This document shows, one piece after another, positions 20,988 to 29,264 of a stretch of 29,901 nucleotides of DNA. Position 1 is the stretch's first letter. Each line of letters starts with the position of its first letter. The translations under genes were made by a program, and so were the position numbers. The notes under the pieces were generated by a model. That model was not told the origin of the DNA. It was given only the letters and a program-made list of their open reading frames with translations, and did no database searches. This DNA is from Opitutales bacterium (lineage in GTDB: Bacteria; Verrucomicrobiota; Verrucomicrobiia; Opitutales; UBA2987): the NCBI GenBank assembly GCA_965226885.1, contig CBDDEL010000004.1, positions 1 through 29,901 on the forward strand, read 5' to 3'.

Positions 20988-21285
20988 GAGGCTGTCCCAA
21001 AAACCCGAATTTTGCGAATTGAGATATTCGACTCCGAACTGTAAGGGAACGTAAGTCATTCAATTCCGTCAAAAACGCTGTATAAGGCCTCTTTTCGTTA
21101 TAAATATAATCGCGTCAGACAGAGGTCTATGGTAGAATTGTATTTGAATATGCAAAACAAGAGAAAGGCTGACGGTGTTATAGACATCGAAATTGCCCAA
21201 AATCCCCCAAAAACGGTCTTTATGACAGCTTTATAAACAAGTTAACTTACTGTAAAACAAATGGTTATAACTTTGGGACAGCCTC
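20988..21285. mobile_element. 298-bp MITE
   Basis: TIRs as above. Flanked by TATAATA on both sides (20981-20987, 21286-21292). Confidence 0.95.
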
Positions 21286-21377
21286 TATAATAGCTACAGA
21301 ATATATATAAATTAGTATAAATTTACCCGTTATAAGCTGTATAAAACTATATATTATAGCTATTGTCAAATAAAAAG

Positions 21378-22025
21378 ATGGAAATACGGAAAAAAAATCC
21401 CTCCAACCATTCCGAGCGATTGAGGCGACTTAAGAAAACGGAAGAACTAACATGGCCTCAAATGGCGAGGAAACTGAGGGTCAGCACATCCTTACTTATG
21501 TTGGTAAACAGAGGCGATCGCCAGCTAACGGAAAAGGTTATGGTGCGATTGGAGTGGGCAGAAGTGGAAGCCGGGTTCAGAGATGAGTCCGAGATCAGCG
21601 AGGCAGCCAGAGAACTAGGGCGTAAGTTGCGCCCGATTCGCCCAGAGATTACCATCGATGACGTGGAGAAGGGGTCATTTCAGCTTCAGCCAGATTACGT
21701 TCCGGATGCACCGAAAGGAGAACTTCCAAAAAACGTCAAATTGAGGAAACCGCAGCCCGAGGCAATCCGTCGGTTGGGTGTCATCGTGGCGAAATCGTTC
21801 GATTTCGATATCGTATTGCTGGCTTGTTTGGAACCGAAGCTGCGCAGCAGGAAGTATTTGAAGCGACTAGACATCGGATCGCAGGAATCTCTCCGCGATG
21901 CGGCGATGGCCCTTGTCTTCGGGATGGAATGGCAGACGGCGGTTGCAAACTTGGCCGTTGACTACCGAGTCGGGGATTCCTCAGAGGTTGAACGTATCCT
22001 GGGAGATCATCGGAATCCTTTATGA
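21378..22025 (+). CDS. XRE/Cro-like HTH protein with an uncharacterised C-terminal region
   Basis: ERLRRLKKTEELTWPQMARKLRVSTSLLMLVNRGDRQLT fits an XRE HTH pattern. Divergent from tnsA. Alternative TTG start at 21363. Confidence 0.7.
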   Translation: MEIRKKNPSNHSERLRRLKKTEELTWPQMARKLRVSTSLLMLVNRGDRQLTEKVMVRLEWAEVEAGFRDESEISEAARELGRKLRPIRPEITIDDVEKGSFQLQPDYVPDAPKGELPKNVKLRKPQPEAIRRLGVIVAKSFDFDIVLLACLEPKLRSRKYLKRLDIGSQESLRDAAMALVFGMEWQTAVANLAVDYRVGDSSEVERILGDHRNPL

Positions 22026-22070
22026 TTCAACAAGTTGCGTTCATTCCGCGATTTGGCGAGGACGGGGGCA

Positions 22071-22164
22071 GACTTTATTGTCCGGCGCAGAGCGGCCAGT
22101 TTCCAAGTTTATTGTCCAGGTTACATTTATATTGTCCAGGATATTACCTTATTGTCCGTCTACA
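22071..22164 (-). repeat. Tn7-type right end with four TnsB-like binding sites
   Basis: The minus strand reads TGT-AGACG-GACAATAAGG..CTG GACAATATAA..CTG GACAATAAAC..CTGG. Three sites have a 20-bp period and a fourth (GACAATAAAGTC) follows. Same layout as the Tn7 end TGTGGGCGGACAATAAAG. Confidence 0.88.
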
Positions 22165-22174
22165 ACAAAACTAC

Positions 22175-22336
22175 TGTACTCGAACAATAAAGTTTGATAC
22201 TGGACAGATTCATAATTCGTTGATGATCAACGCATGTAAAGTGGAGCATATAGAGACTGAAAACAATAAACTTTGATACTGAAAGGCCATTTCCACTTAT
22301 TTCCCGAAAATCAAGAACAATATAGTTTGATACCAG
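22175..22336 (+). repeat. Second Tn7-type end (left-end-like), three spaced TnsB-like sites
   Basis: TGT-ACTCG-AACAATAAAGTTTGATACTG (22183), AACAATAAACTTTGATACTG (22262) and AACAATATAGTTTGATACCA (22316). Confidence 0.8.
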
Positions 22337-22341
22337 CGGTC

Positions 22342-22379
22342 ATGGAAAGGACTGTGAACTATGGAAAGGACTGTGAACT
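22342..22379. repeat. Perfect 19-bp tandem duplication
   Basis: atggaaaggactgtgaact x2. Confidence 0.95.
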
Positions 22380-22410
22380 GGATATCGCCATTTCCAAGGC
22401 GATGCAGGTG

Positions 22411-22680
22411 GACTTTCTTCGTCCCAGCTTTTTCGCTTTCTGAGCAAGCCTTATTCTCTGGGAATTATTGAAGGCTTTGGGTTTTCCACCGAGTTGCTCG
22501 ATCAAGATATGCCTTTCCTCAGTCAGATACTCAATAACAGCCTGTTGGTGTCGGTTCATCCAGCCCGCGACCAGATGCACCAAGAAGTGAAATGGTAGAT
22601 TCATACGTCTGAGCAACGCTGAGTCTATCTTTCAGATATTCAATACCTTATTTGATTGGGCTGATTATTTTGGTCCTACA
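22411..22680 (-). mobile_element. 5' fragment of an IS481-like (integrase-core) element
   Basis: The end TGTAGGACCAAAATAATCAGCCCA pairs with TGTACTGTCAAAAAATTCAGCCCA at 29265. ORF LVAGWMNRHQQAVIEYL..RIRLAQKAKKLGR breaks off at about 22410 (approximate). Confidence 0.7.
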
Positions 22681-23004
22681 GGTTTTATCAAAAACACTCG
22701 ACAGTCCACGATCATTCTGAACACCATGAGCATTAACAAAAACCAACCATCAAATCGGGAAAACTTTAGGTAATCGGCCTGCATCCTCAAGTGGCGGTTT
22801 TCCCGGCGCGTCGACAAACCCTGCCTACCTCGATAAATACAAAAGCAAGGCCCCTAGCCACAATCGATGATATTGAATAGACAAAACCGATTTCCTGATT
22901 CAAGATATATTGCCATGCCGAATACTCGATTTGAGCGTTTCGAATACTCCTGATTATTCGTGCAACTGGCTTACATCGGGGGGAAAGAGAAACTTAACTG
23001 TAAT

Positions 23005-24045
23005 ATGAAAGCTATTCAAGTTGTGGCGCCTCAGAAGGTTGAATTTGTGGATATGGAAGAGCCGCAGCTTGCGGATTATCCCAAAGGCTCGATGAAAGTC
23101 CGAGTGGAATACGCCTGCCTCTGCGGTTCGGACGTTCCGCTGCTGGCATACGGCACGGAAAGGCTCGCCAAAGTGTGCGCCCGGCCCTGGGATCTGGACG
23201 GAGTGTTGGCGCCCGGCGGCAAGGACCCTTTTCCGTTTCCAGCCGGACAGTCCATCCATGAGTGTGTGGGGTCTGTAGTCGAGACGACTTCATCCAGATT
23301 TCAGGTTGGTGATTTTGTCCTGGCTCAGCCGAAGGCAAAAGGGGGGTTCTGCGAGTTTTTTTGCACGGACGAAGACCAGGCAATCCATATCCCCCGTGAG
23401 GGAGTTCCGAAAGAGCAGATATTGATGACGCAGCCCTTGGGAACGGTCATCTGGATGGCCCGGAAGCTCGAAAACATTGTGGGAAAACATACCGCGATCG
23501 TTGGCATGGGTCCGATGGGCCTCATGATAGCGCATGTGCTGGCCAATCTTGGGGCGCGCTCGGTTATCGCCCTGGATAAATTGGACTATCGGCTCGAAGC
23601 GGCGAAAAAGATGCGGGCCACCCATACCGTAAATGTGGATAAGGAGAACGCCATCGAGGCGCTTCTCAAAATCACTGACGGTATGTTGGCCGATCTTGTG
23701 GTGGAGGCTGTGGGGCATCAACAAGAGAGCATCAATGAAACTCTGGAGTATGTGCGAAGAGAGGGAAGCGTCATTATTTTCGGGGCTCCGGACGAAATTA
23801 CCTACAACGATTTTGCGATGCAGGTCTTCTTTGAAAAGAATATCCGCCTGGTTTCATCAGTACTCCCGGATGTGCAGGCTGACTTTTCATTGGCACGCGA
23901 TTTGATCGCGCAAGGGCGCGTCAATGTTGAGCCGATTATTACGCATATTCTTCCTTTTCAGGAGGCTCAGAAGGCGATCGATCTCTTTGTCGAGCGGAAG
24001 GATGGCGCCATCAAAGTCGTGATTGACTATACGGCACTGGAGTGA
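23005..24045 (+). CDS. Zn-dependent medium-chain dehydrogenase (threonine/sorbitol dehydrogenase-like)
   Basis: Motifs CLCGSD, IHECVG, VGMGPMG, DLVVEAVG and IITH..PF...IKVV. Confidence 0.88.
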   Translation: MKAIQVVAPQKVEFVDMEEPQLADYPKGSMKVRVEYACLCGSDVPLLAYGTERLAKVCARPWDLDGVLAPGGKDPFPFPAGQSIHECVGSVVETTSSRFQVGDFVLAQPKAKGGFCEFFCTDEDQAIHIPREGVPKEQILMTQPLGTVIWMARKLENIVGKHTAIVGMGPMGLMIAHVLANLGARSVIALDKLDYRLEAAKKMRATHTVNVDKENAIEALLKITDGMLADLVVEAVGHQQESINETLEYVRREGSVIIFGAPDEITYNDFAMQVFFEKNIRLVSSVLPDVQADFSLARDLIAQGRVNVEPIITHILPFQEAQKAIDLFVERKDGAIKVVIDYTALE

Positions 24046-24261
24046 GCCATTGATTTTCTTTAAAGATTTAACCCGGCAAAGCGGAAACCGAGGTCGGAGA
24101 GTGCTTTGTTCGGCTCGCAGTGGTCGCGCACGGCGTGAAAAGGGATGTCATGGGCTTTGAAGCTCGATAACGTAGGATATTTTTCGAGTATTTTCCGCTA
24201 ACCAATTCATGTGGGTACACACAAGCACAACTGTGGCCCCCTTGACGAATTAGTATATCCC

Positions 24262-25160
24262 CTAGGCACCAGATAATGAGGGATCCACCAAATACGTGTG
24301 CCGATATTGCGTGGCGCTGAGGCCGAAATGCTGACGGAAGCAACGGGCAAAATATGCGGGATCTTCAATCCCCACGGTGAAGGCGATGTCCACCACCGGC
24401 TGTGCGGTTCTTAAGAGCATATTGGCCGCTGTTTCCATCCTGCGTTTCATCAGATAAGCCATTGGAGGCCATTGCATGGCTGCTTTGAACAGACGCACCA
24501 GATAGGATGGATGGAGTTTAACTGGCTCGCCAACCCGGGAAGCGTCCACGGGTAGTCCAGATCCTTCTCGAACAGTTCCACCGTCCGGGTCACGGCGATA
24601 TGCTGGCCGGACTCATTTGCGGTGCCCCGTTTGACCGGACTCTTTAAATCCTGGGTGAGACAGCCTATGAGCTGAATGAGGAGGCCGATCCGCTCCAACC
24701 GCCCGGCCAAGGTGGAATCCTCGTTCCTTTGACGAATTTTCTCCAAGTGCTGTTCGCACGCATTCAAACTCTCAGGAGCCAGTTTGAGCGTGATCATGCC
24801 CCGTGTATTCAACGCGTCGGGGCCGTTCCACAGGACAAAGCTGAGCGCCGGATCTTCCAGGGTCCAGGCAAGCTCTCGGCGCAGCAGGTTCGTTCCGAAA
24901 CAACAGTCCACATAGTCCAATTGGCGGCAAGCCTTGTAAGCATGCCATGTGCCCGGTTTGAGAATAAAAGCATCACCCCACGACAACCGCCTTCGGCCGT
25001 GTATGGTGTGGTGAACCCCCGTGCCCTTAAAGACCACCACAATCTCAATAAAATCATGGTCGTGCGCCGCCATGTCCCCATTTTTGACACGCCTTTCCAC
25101 AAATAGTTGGTCTTCTTGCGAGCGAAATAGACTGCGCTGTGTTAAGTGTTGGTAGAGCAT
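24262..25160 (-). pseudogene. AraC family regulator (RhaR/RhaS-like cupin + HTH), one frameshift
   Basis: HDHDFIEIVVVFKGTGVH in the N-terminus and IAFTVGIEDPAYFARCFRQHFG in the C-terminus. One A is missing in an A-run at ~24518. Confidence 0.82.
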
Positions 25161-25315
25161 AATCGAGGTGCTGAGCTTGAATGAAGCGATAGGCGGATGT
25201 CAATAATATCCAACCTAAAAGCTAAAACCTTTCTAACCCCTCTATCCCGTTTTCTGCTATTTTACTCCAACACACGATTTATGCCCTAAGAGAACTTTTG
25301 TTCCTTTCAACGATT

Positions 25316-26312
25316 ATGATTAATACAGTTATTGTAGAATTGGGCGGAATCGGAAACCGCCATGCGGATTGCTATTCCACAAACCAAAAGACTCAGCTTG
25401 TCGCCGCCTGCGACCAAATAAAAAAGCGAGCGGACAAAGCTGCTAAGAAGCATAATTGCGAAGCTTATTACAACGTTGAAAGTCTGCTCTCTTCAGGACT
25501 GGAGATCAATGCGGCCAGCATCTGTACCGCCGGAGTGGAGAACGGGAGCCATCACTATAAGCCGACTATGGAATTGCTAAACGCGGGGATTCCAGTTCTG
25601 GGAGAAAAACCAATCTCTAATGACATCGGCGAATCCAAAGAAATGGTCGCCCTAGCCAAGGCAAAGAACATCCCCTACGCGATCGACCATAATCACCGCT
25701 TTACGCCAGCGGTGCGCAATGCCAAAGAATGGTTGGACGAAGGACGTTTGGGCGAACTGAACTCCATCAACATGCGCATGTGGATCAATAATAATAATGA
25801 AAGCAGCGAACATTTCCATATCCGGGCGCTCCATCCTCATTCCTTTGATATGATGCGCTTTTTCTGCGGAGAAGTTTCTCAAGTCCATGCTTTCTTCAAA
25901 AAAGGAGCCGGGCGGGCGATCTGGTCCAATGTCCAGGTGAATTTGCTTTATGAGAACGGGGTCATCGGCCATCTACTGGGCAGCTACGATGGCGGCGGCC
26001 CTGGAACACCCTGGGGGGTTGGAAACCTGCGAGATTGTCGGCCAGGAGGCGCGCATCATAATCGAGGAAGCGTGCGAGGTATTGAAATTCCAACGGCGCC
26101 ACAGCTTAGAAAGAGAAACCTACTATCATCTGGGCGGCATGAAAGATTTCAGCGAAACATTCCAAAGCCGCATCGACCAATGGATAGAGGACCTGTCAAA
26201 CAACGTTTCTCCTGATCGGATAGACGGCAAATCCGAAGATTCCCTCCACGTGCAGCAAATTATCGAAGCGGCGATTGAAAGCTGGAGCACTAAAAGTGTC
26301 ATTTTTCTCTAA
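25316..26312 (+). pseudogene. Gfo/Idh/MocA oxidoreductase, one frameshift
   Basis: Motifs VLGEKPIS, HNHRF and G.LGEL. Extra G in a G6 run at ~26013-26018. The Rossmann motif reads ELGGIG instead of GxGxxG. Confidence 0.82.
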
Positions 26313-26329
26313 TCCTAAGTTACTCAATT

Positions 26330-26680
26330 ATGAAAATCGGTATTAATTCCGTCCTTTTTGGCGGTTACGATATGGAAACCGCCTTCAAATACACCGCACT
26401 CAGTGGCTATGACGGCATCGAAGTATCTGCCATACCCGAAATGAGCGAGCACCTAGTCATCGAACGATGGAGAGAAATCGCTCCAGAAGTAAAAAGACTC
26501 TCAAAAGAATACGACCTCGAACTGTTGGCCATGGAACAGCCGAAACGTGATCCCGCGCGCATGGAAAAAGCTATGCAAGCCTCCGTCGAATGCGGGATAC
26601 CGATCATCAACTGCTGACCGGGAGGGAGTGCCGATGATCCGGACACTATCAACCAAGTCATCGATGAACTAGGCCAACTA
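26330..26680 (+). pseudogene. Sugar phosphate isomerase/epimerase (xylose isomerase-like TIM barrel), nonsense codon and truncated by IS630
   Basis: Starts MKIGINSVLF..GYDGIE. In-frame TGA at 26615; the frame continues PGGSADD..ELGQL up to the IS630 end. Confidence 0.75.
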
Positions 26681-26895
26681 GTGCACTGTAACGTTGACTT
26701 CTAATACACTCGATGCATTATTGCGAGTATGAAAGATCGATTGATTATTAGCCCTCCAGAACGTCGAGAACTCAACAGCTTGGTCCGCAGTCGGATAGCT
26801 CGGGTCGAGGACTCGCGACGAGCCCGCATCATCCTTCAACGCGCCGGTGGTTGCAGCTTACGCAAGGCAGCTCGAGAAGTAGGTTGCAGTGTTAA

Positions 26896-28894
26896 CCTGA
26901 GTTCGACAGTTGGGGGGGTAAATCGATTATTTTTAGGGTTTTTCGTGCTGTAGGGCGCATGGTTGTCAGGGTTGGGGTGTGAATATGCCGTGTAGTGCAG
27001 ACCACTCTATTGCCTTTTCGGAGAAGTAGTGCAGGGTCGGTGTTGATGTATTTGCGTCGCCATCGTCGTCGTAAGAAGGGCCAGGATTATGATTACTGGA
27101 CGCTGGTGGAGTCGGTGCGCACAGCCAAGGGGCCGCGCCAGCGCATCGTGGCCCACATTGGCAAGGAGCCGGGGCTCGATGAGGATGAGCGGTTGGGTTG
27201 GGAGCAGATCGGTCGGCTCCTCGATGGCGATGATGAGGCTGCGGGGGCCGAGCAGTTGGATTTATTTGCCGAGGATAAACCGGAGGCTCCGTTGTGGGCG
27301 CAGGTGAATCTGGGTCGGATACGGGTGGAGCGGGTGCGTCAATTTGGCAAAGTGTATGTGGCTCTGGCGCTGTGGCGGCGGCTGGGGCTGCATCGTTTCT
27401 TCGAGGAGCATTTGCCGCCGGGCCGGGAGTCGGTGGGCTGGGCCCAGGTGGCCTCGATTCTGGCGGTGGGGCGTTTTTGCGAACAGGCCTCGGAGCTGGC
27501 TCTGGCCGAGCGCTGGTATGGCTCGACGGCGCTGGAGGATTTGATGGCGGTGGATGTGGATGAGGTCTATGACAACCGTTTGTATCGCGGACTGGATCGT
27601 GTCTTGCCCTTGCGCCGGGAACTGTTCAGTCATCTTAAAGGACGCTATGAAAGCTGGTTTGGGACGCGTTTCGAGTTTCTTTTATACGACATAACGAGCA
27701 CCTATTTTGAGGGCCGGTGCGAGGGCAATGCCCAGGCCCAGCGCGGCTACAGCCGGGACCAGCGGCCGGATTGCAAGCAGGTATGTCTTGGACTGGTGGT
27801 GACACCCGAAGGGCTGCCCCTGGCCTATGAGGTTTTCGACGGCAACCGCGCCGATGTGACCACGGTGCAGGAGAGGGTCGAATTGATGGAATCGCATTAC
27901 GGGGTGACCGATCGCATCTGGGTGCTGGACCGCGGCATGGTGAGCGAGGCCAACCTCGAATACCTGCGCGGCAAAGGGGCCCGTTACATCGTGGGCACGC
28001 CCAAGAGCCATCTTAAAAACTTTGCCCTCGATCTGCTCGAGCAAGGCGATTTTTGCGAGGTGCGGGCGGGGGTGGAGGTCAAACTGGTGAAACATCCCGA
28101 CGGTTCCCAGATCGAGCAATATGTGCTTTGCCGCAGCCAGGGACGGGGTCAAAAAGAAGCCGCCATGTTGAGCCAGCAAAAAGAGCGTTTGCGCAAAAAG
28201 CTCGACCAGATCGACCTGAGTTTGCGTCGGCGAGGGCAGAAACTCGATCCGGTTGAACGCCGTATCGGCCGCTGGCTGGGCCGCCACACCCTGGCCGAAA
28301 AAATATTCACCGTAGAAGTGCAAATCGACGCCGCCGGACGGGCCTGCGCATTGCAAATCACCGAAGACGAGAGCAAAGCCGATTGGGCCCAACTGGCCCA
28401 CGGGACCTATCTGCTGCGAACCAACTGCCAGGAGGAAGACCCACAAAAGCTGTGGCGGTGGTATATACAACTGACACAGGCCGAGGCAGCCTTTCGTTGC
28501 GCCAAAAGCGACTTGGGGCTGCGGCCGGTCTATCACCACAAAGAAGAGCGTGTGCAAGCGCACATTCTGATCTGTTTTCTGGCTCTGGCGATGTGGCGCG
28601 CCCTGGAAAGCTGGCTGCAGGCCAAAGGCCTCGGCACCTGTGCGCGGCAAGTGTTGCACGAACTGGAAAATCTACGCTCAATGGACGTGGTGGCACCGCT
28701 GCGAGGGGGACGCGAAGCGCGTTTACGGCTGGTAGGCAAACCGGAAAAACTCTGTGCCGACCTCCTCAAGAAAATGGGCCTAAAACTGCCCACCCGCCCC
28801 AAAATCATCCAAAATGTAGTGCAGACTAACGGCAAAAATTAATCCCGAATCCGCATAGATAAGCCCTTTAACTTTTTGAACTGTCGAAGATGGG
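26896..28894 (+). mobile_element. IS1634-family element, copy 2 (1999 bp)
   Basis: Ends CCTGAGTTCGACAGTT / CCCATCTTCGACAGTT. TTAA duplicated at 26892-26895 and 28895-28898. Confidence 0.92.
27046..28842 (+). CDS. IS1634-family transposase
   Basis: Near-identical to copy 1 with an intact ORF. Confidence 0.9.
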   Translation: MYLRRHRRRKKGQDYDYWTLVESVRTAKGPRQRIVAHIGKEPGLDEDERLGWEQIGRLLDGDDEAAGAEQLDLFAEDKPEAPLWAQVNLGRIRVERVRQFGKVYVALALWRRLGLHRFFEEHLPPGRESVGWAQVASILAVGRFCEQASELALAERWYGSTALEDLMAVDVDEVYDNRLYRGLDRVLPLRRELFSHLKGRYESWFGTRFEFLLYDITSTYFEGRCEGNAQAQRGYSRDQRPDCKQVCLGLVVTPEGLPLAYEVFDGNRADVTTVQERVELMESHYGVTDRIWVLDRGMVSEANLEYLRGKGARYIVGTPKSHLKNFALDLLEQGDFCEVRAGVEVKLVKHPDGSQIEQYVLCRSQGRGQKEAAMLSQQKERLRKKLDQIDLSLRRRGQKLDPVERRIGRWLGRHTLAEKIFTVEVQIDAAGRACALQITEDESKADWAQLAHGTYLLRTNCQEEDPQKLWRWYIQLTQAEAAFRCAKSDLGLRPVYHHKEERVQAHILICFLALAMWRALESWLQAKGLGTCARQVLHELENLRSMDVVAPLRGGREARLRLVGKPEKLCADLLKKMGLKLPTRPKIIQNVVQTNGKN

Positions 28895-29264
28895 TTAACA
28901 CGGTGAGGCTGTGGGAACAACGCTTTCGCGATGAAAGACTCGGGAGGCTTTACAGCAGGCACGAAGGGCGGCAACCCGAAGCTGGCAGCGAAAAACTTGA
29001 AGCGCGTATCATTAACTGGACCCTGCACCGCAAACCGGCAGATGGATCGACTCACTGGAGCACCCGTAGACTGGCCAGGGAACTGGCTACCACGCACATG
29101 AGAATCGCACGGGTGTGGGCCAAGGCAAGGTCTGCAACCTCACCGATTGCGTCGCTACAAGCTCAGCACCGATCCGGATTTTGAGAGCAAAGCAGCCGAA
29201 ATCATTGGTCTGTATCTGAAGCCCCCGGCGCATGCAGCGGTCTTCTGTGTCGATGAAAAGACCG

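Larger units (their letters stand above)
8769..22164 (-). mobile_element. Tn7-like transposon (right end, HTH gene, tnsABCD, cargo); left end not found
   Basis: tnsABCD operon reads inward from a TGT end with TnsB-type repeats. The left boundary is inferred from where IS4 cuts the cargo. Confidence 0.75.
26681..29264 (+). mobile_element. IS630-family element, interrupted by IS1634 and truncated by the IS481-like element
   Basis: Starts after TA (26679-26680); this boundary is inferred. The ORF from 26729 rejoins in frame (EVGCSVNTVRLWEQRF), has THWSTR, a +1 shift at ~29127, then DPDF..IIGLY..VFCVDEKT where it is cut. Confidence 0.82.

Noticed and set aside
22022..22276. 84-aa ORF overlapping the HTH stop
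   Set aside because: It reads across both transposon ends and their repeats, so it is unlikely to be a gene.
22071..22336. Repeats read as a mini CRISPR array for a CRISPR-associated transposon
   Set aside because: The units are ~20 bp, non-palindromic, contiguous or irregularly spaced, and anchored on TGT termini like TnsB sites. No cas genes are present.
26615..26617. In-frame TGA at a probable Gly as evidence of stop-codon recoding
   Set aside because: It is a single case in a gene that is also truncated. TGA ends other genes normally (dehydrogenase, HTH, tnsB, tnsC).
29115..29135. Programmed frameshift in the IS630 transposase
   Set aside because: No slippery run at the site; it looks like a single extra A.
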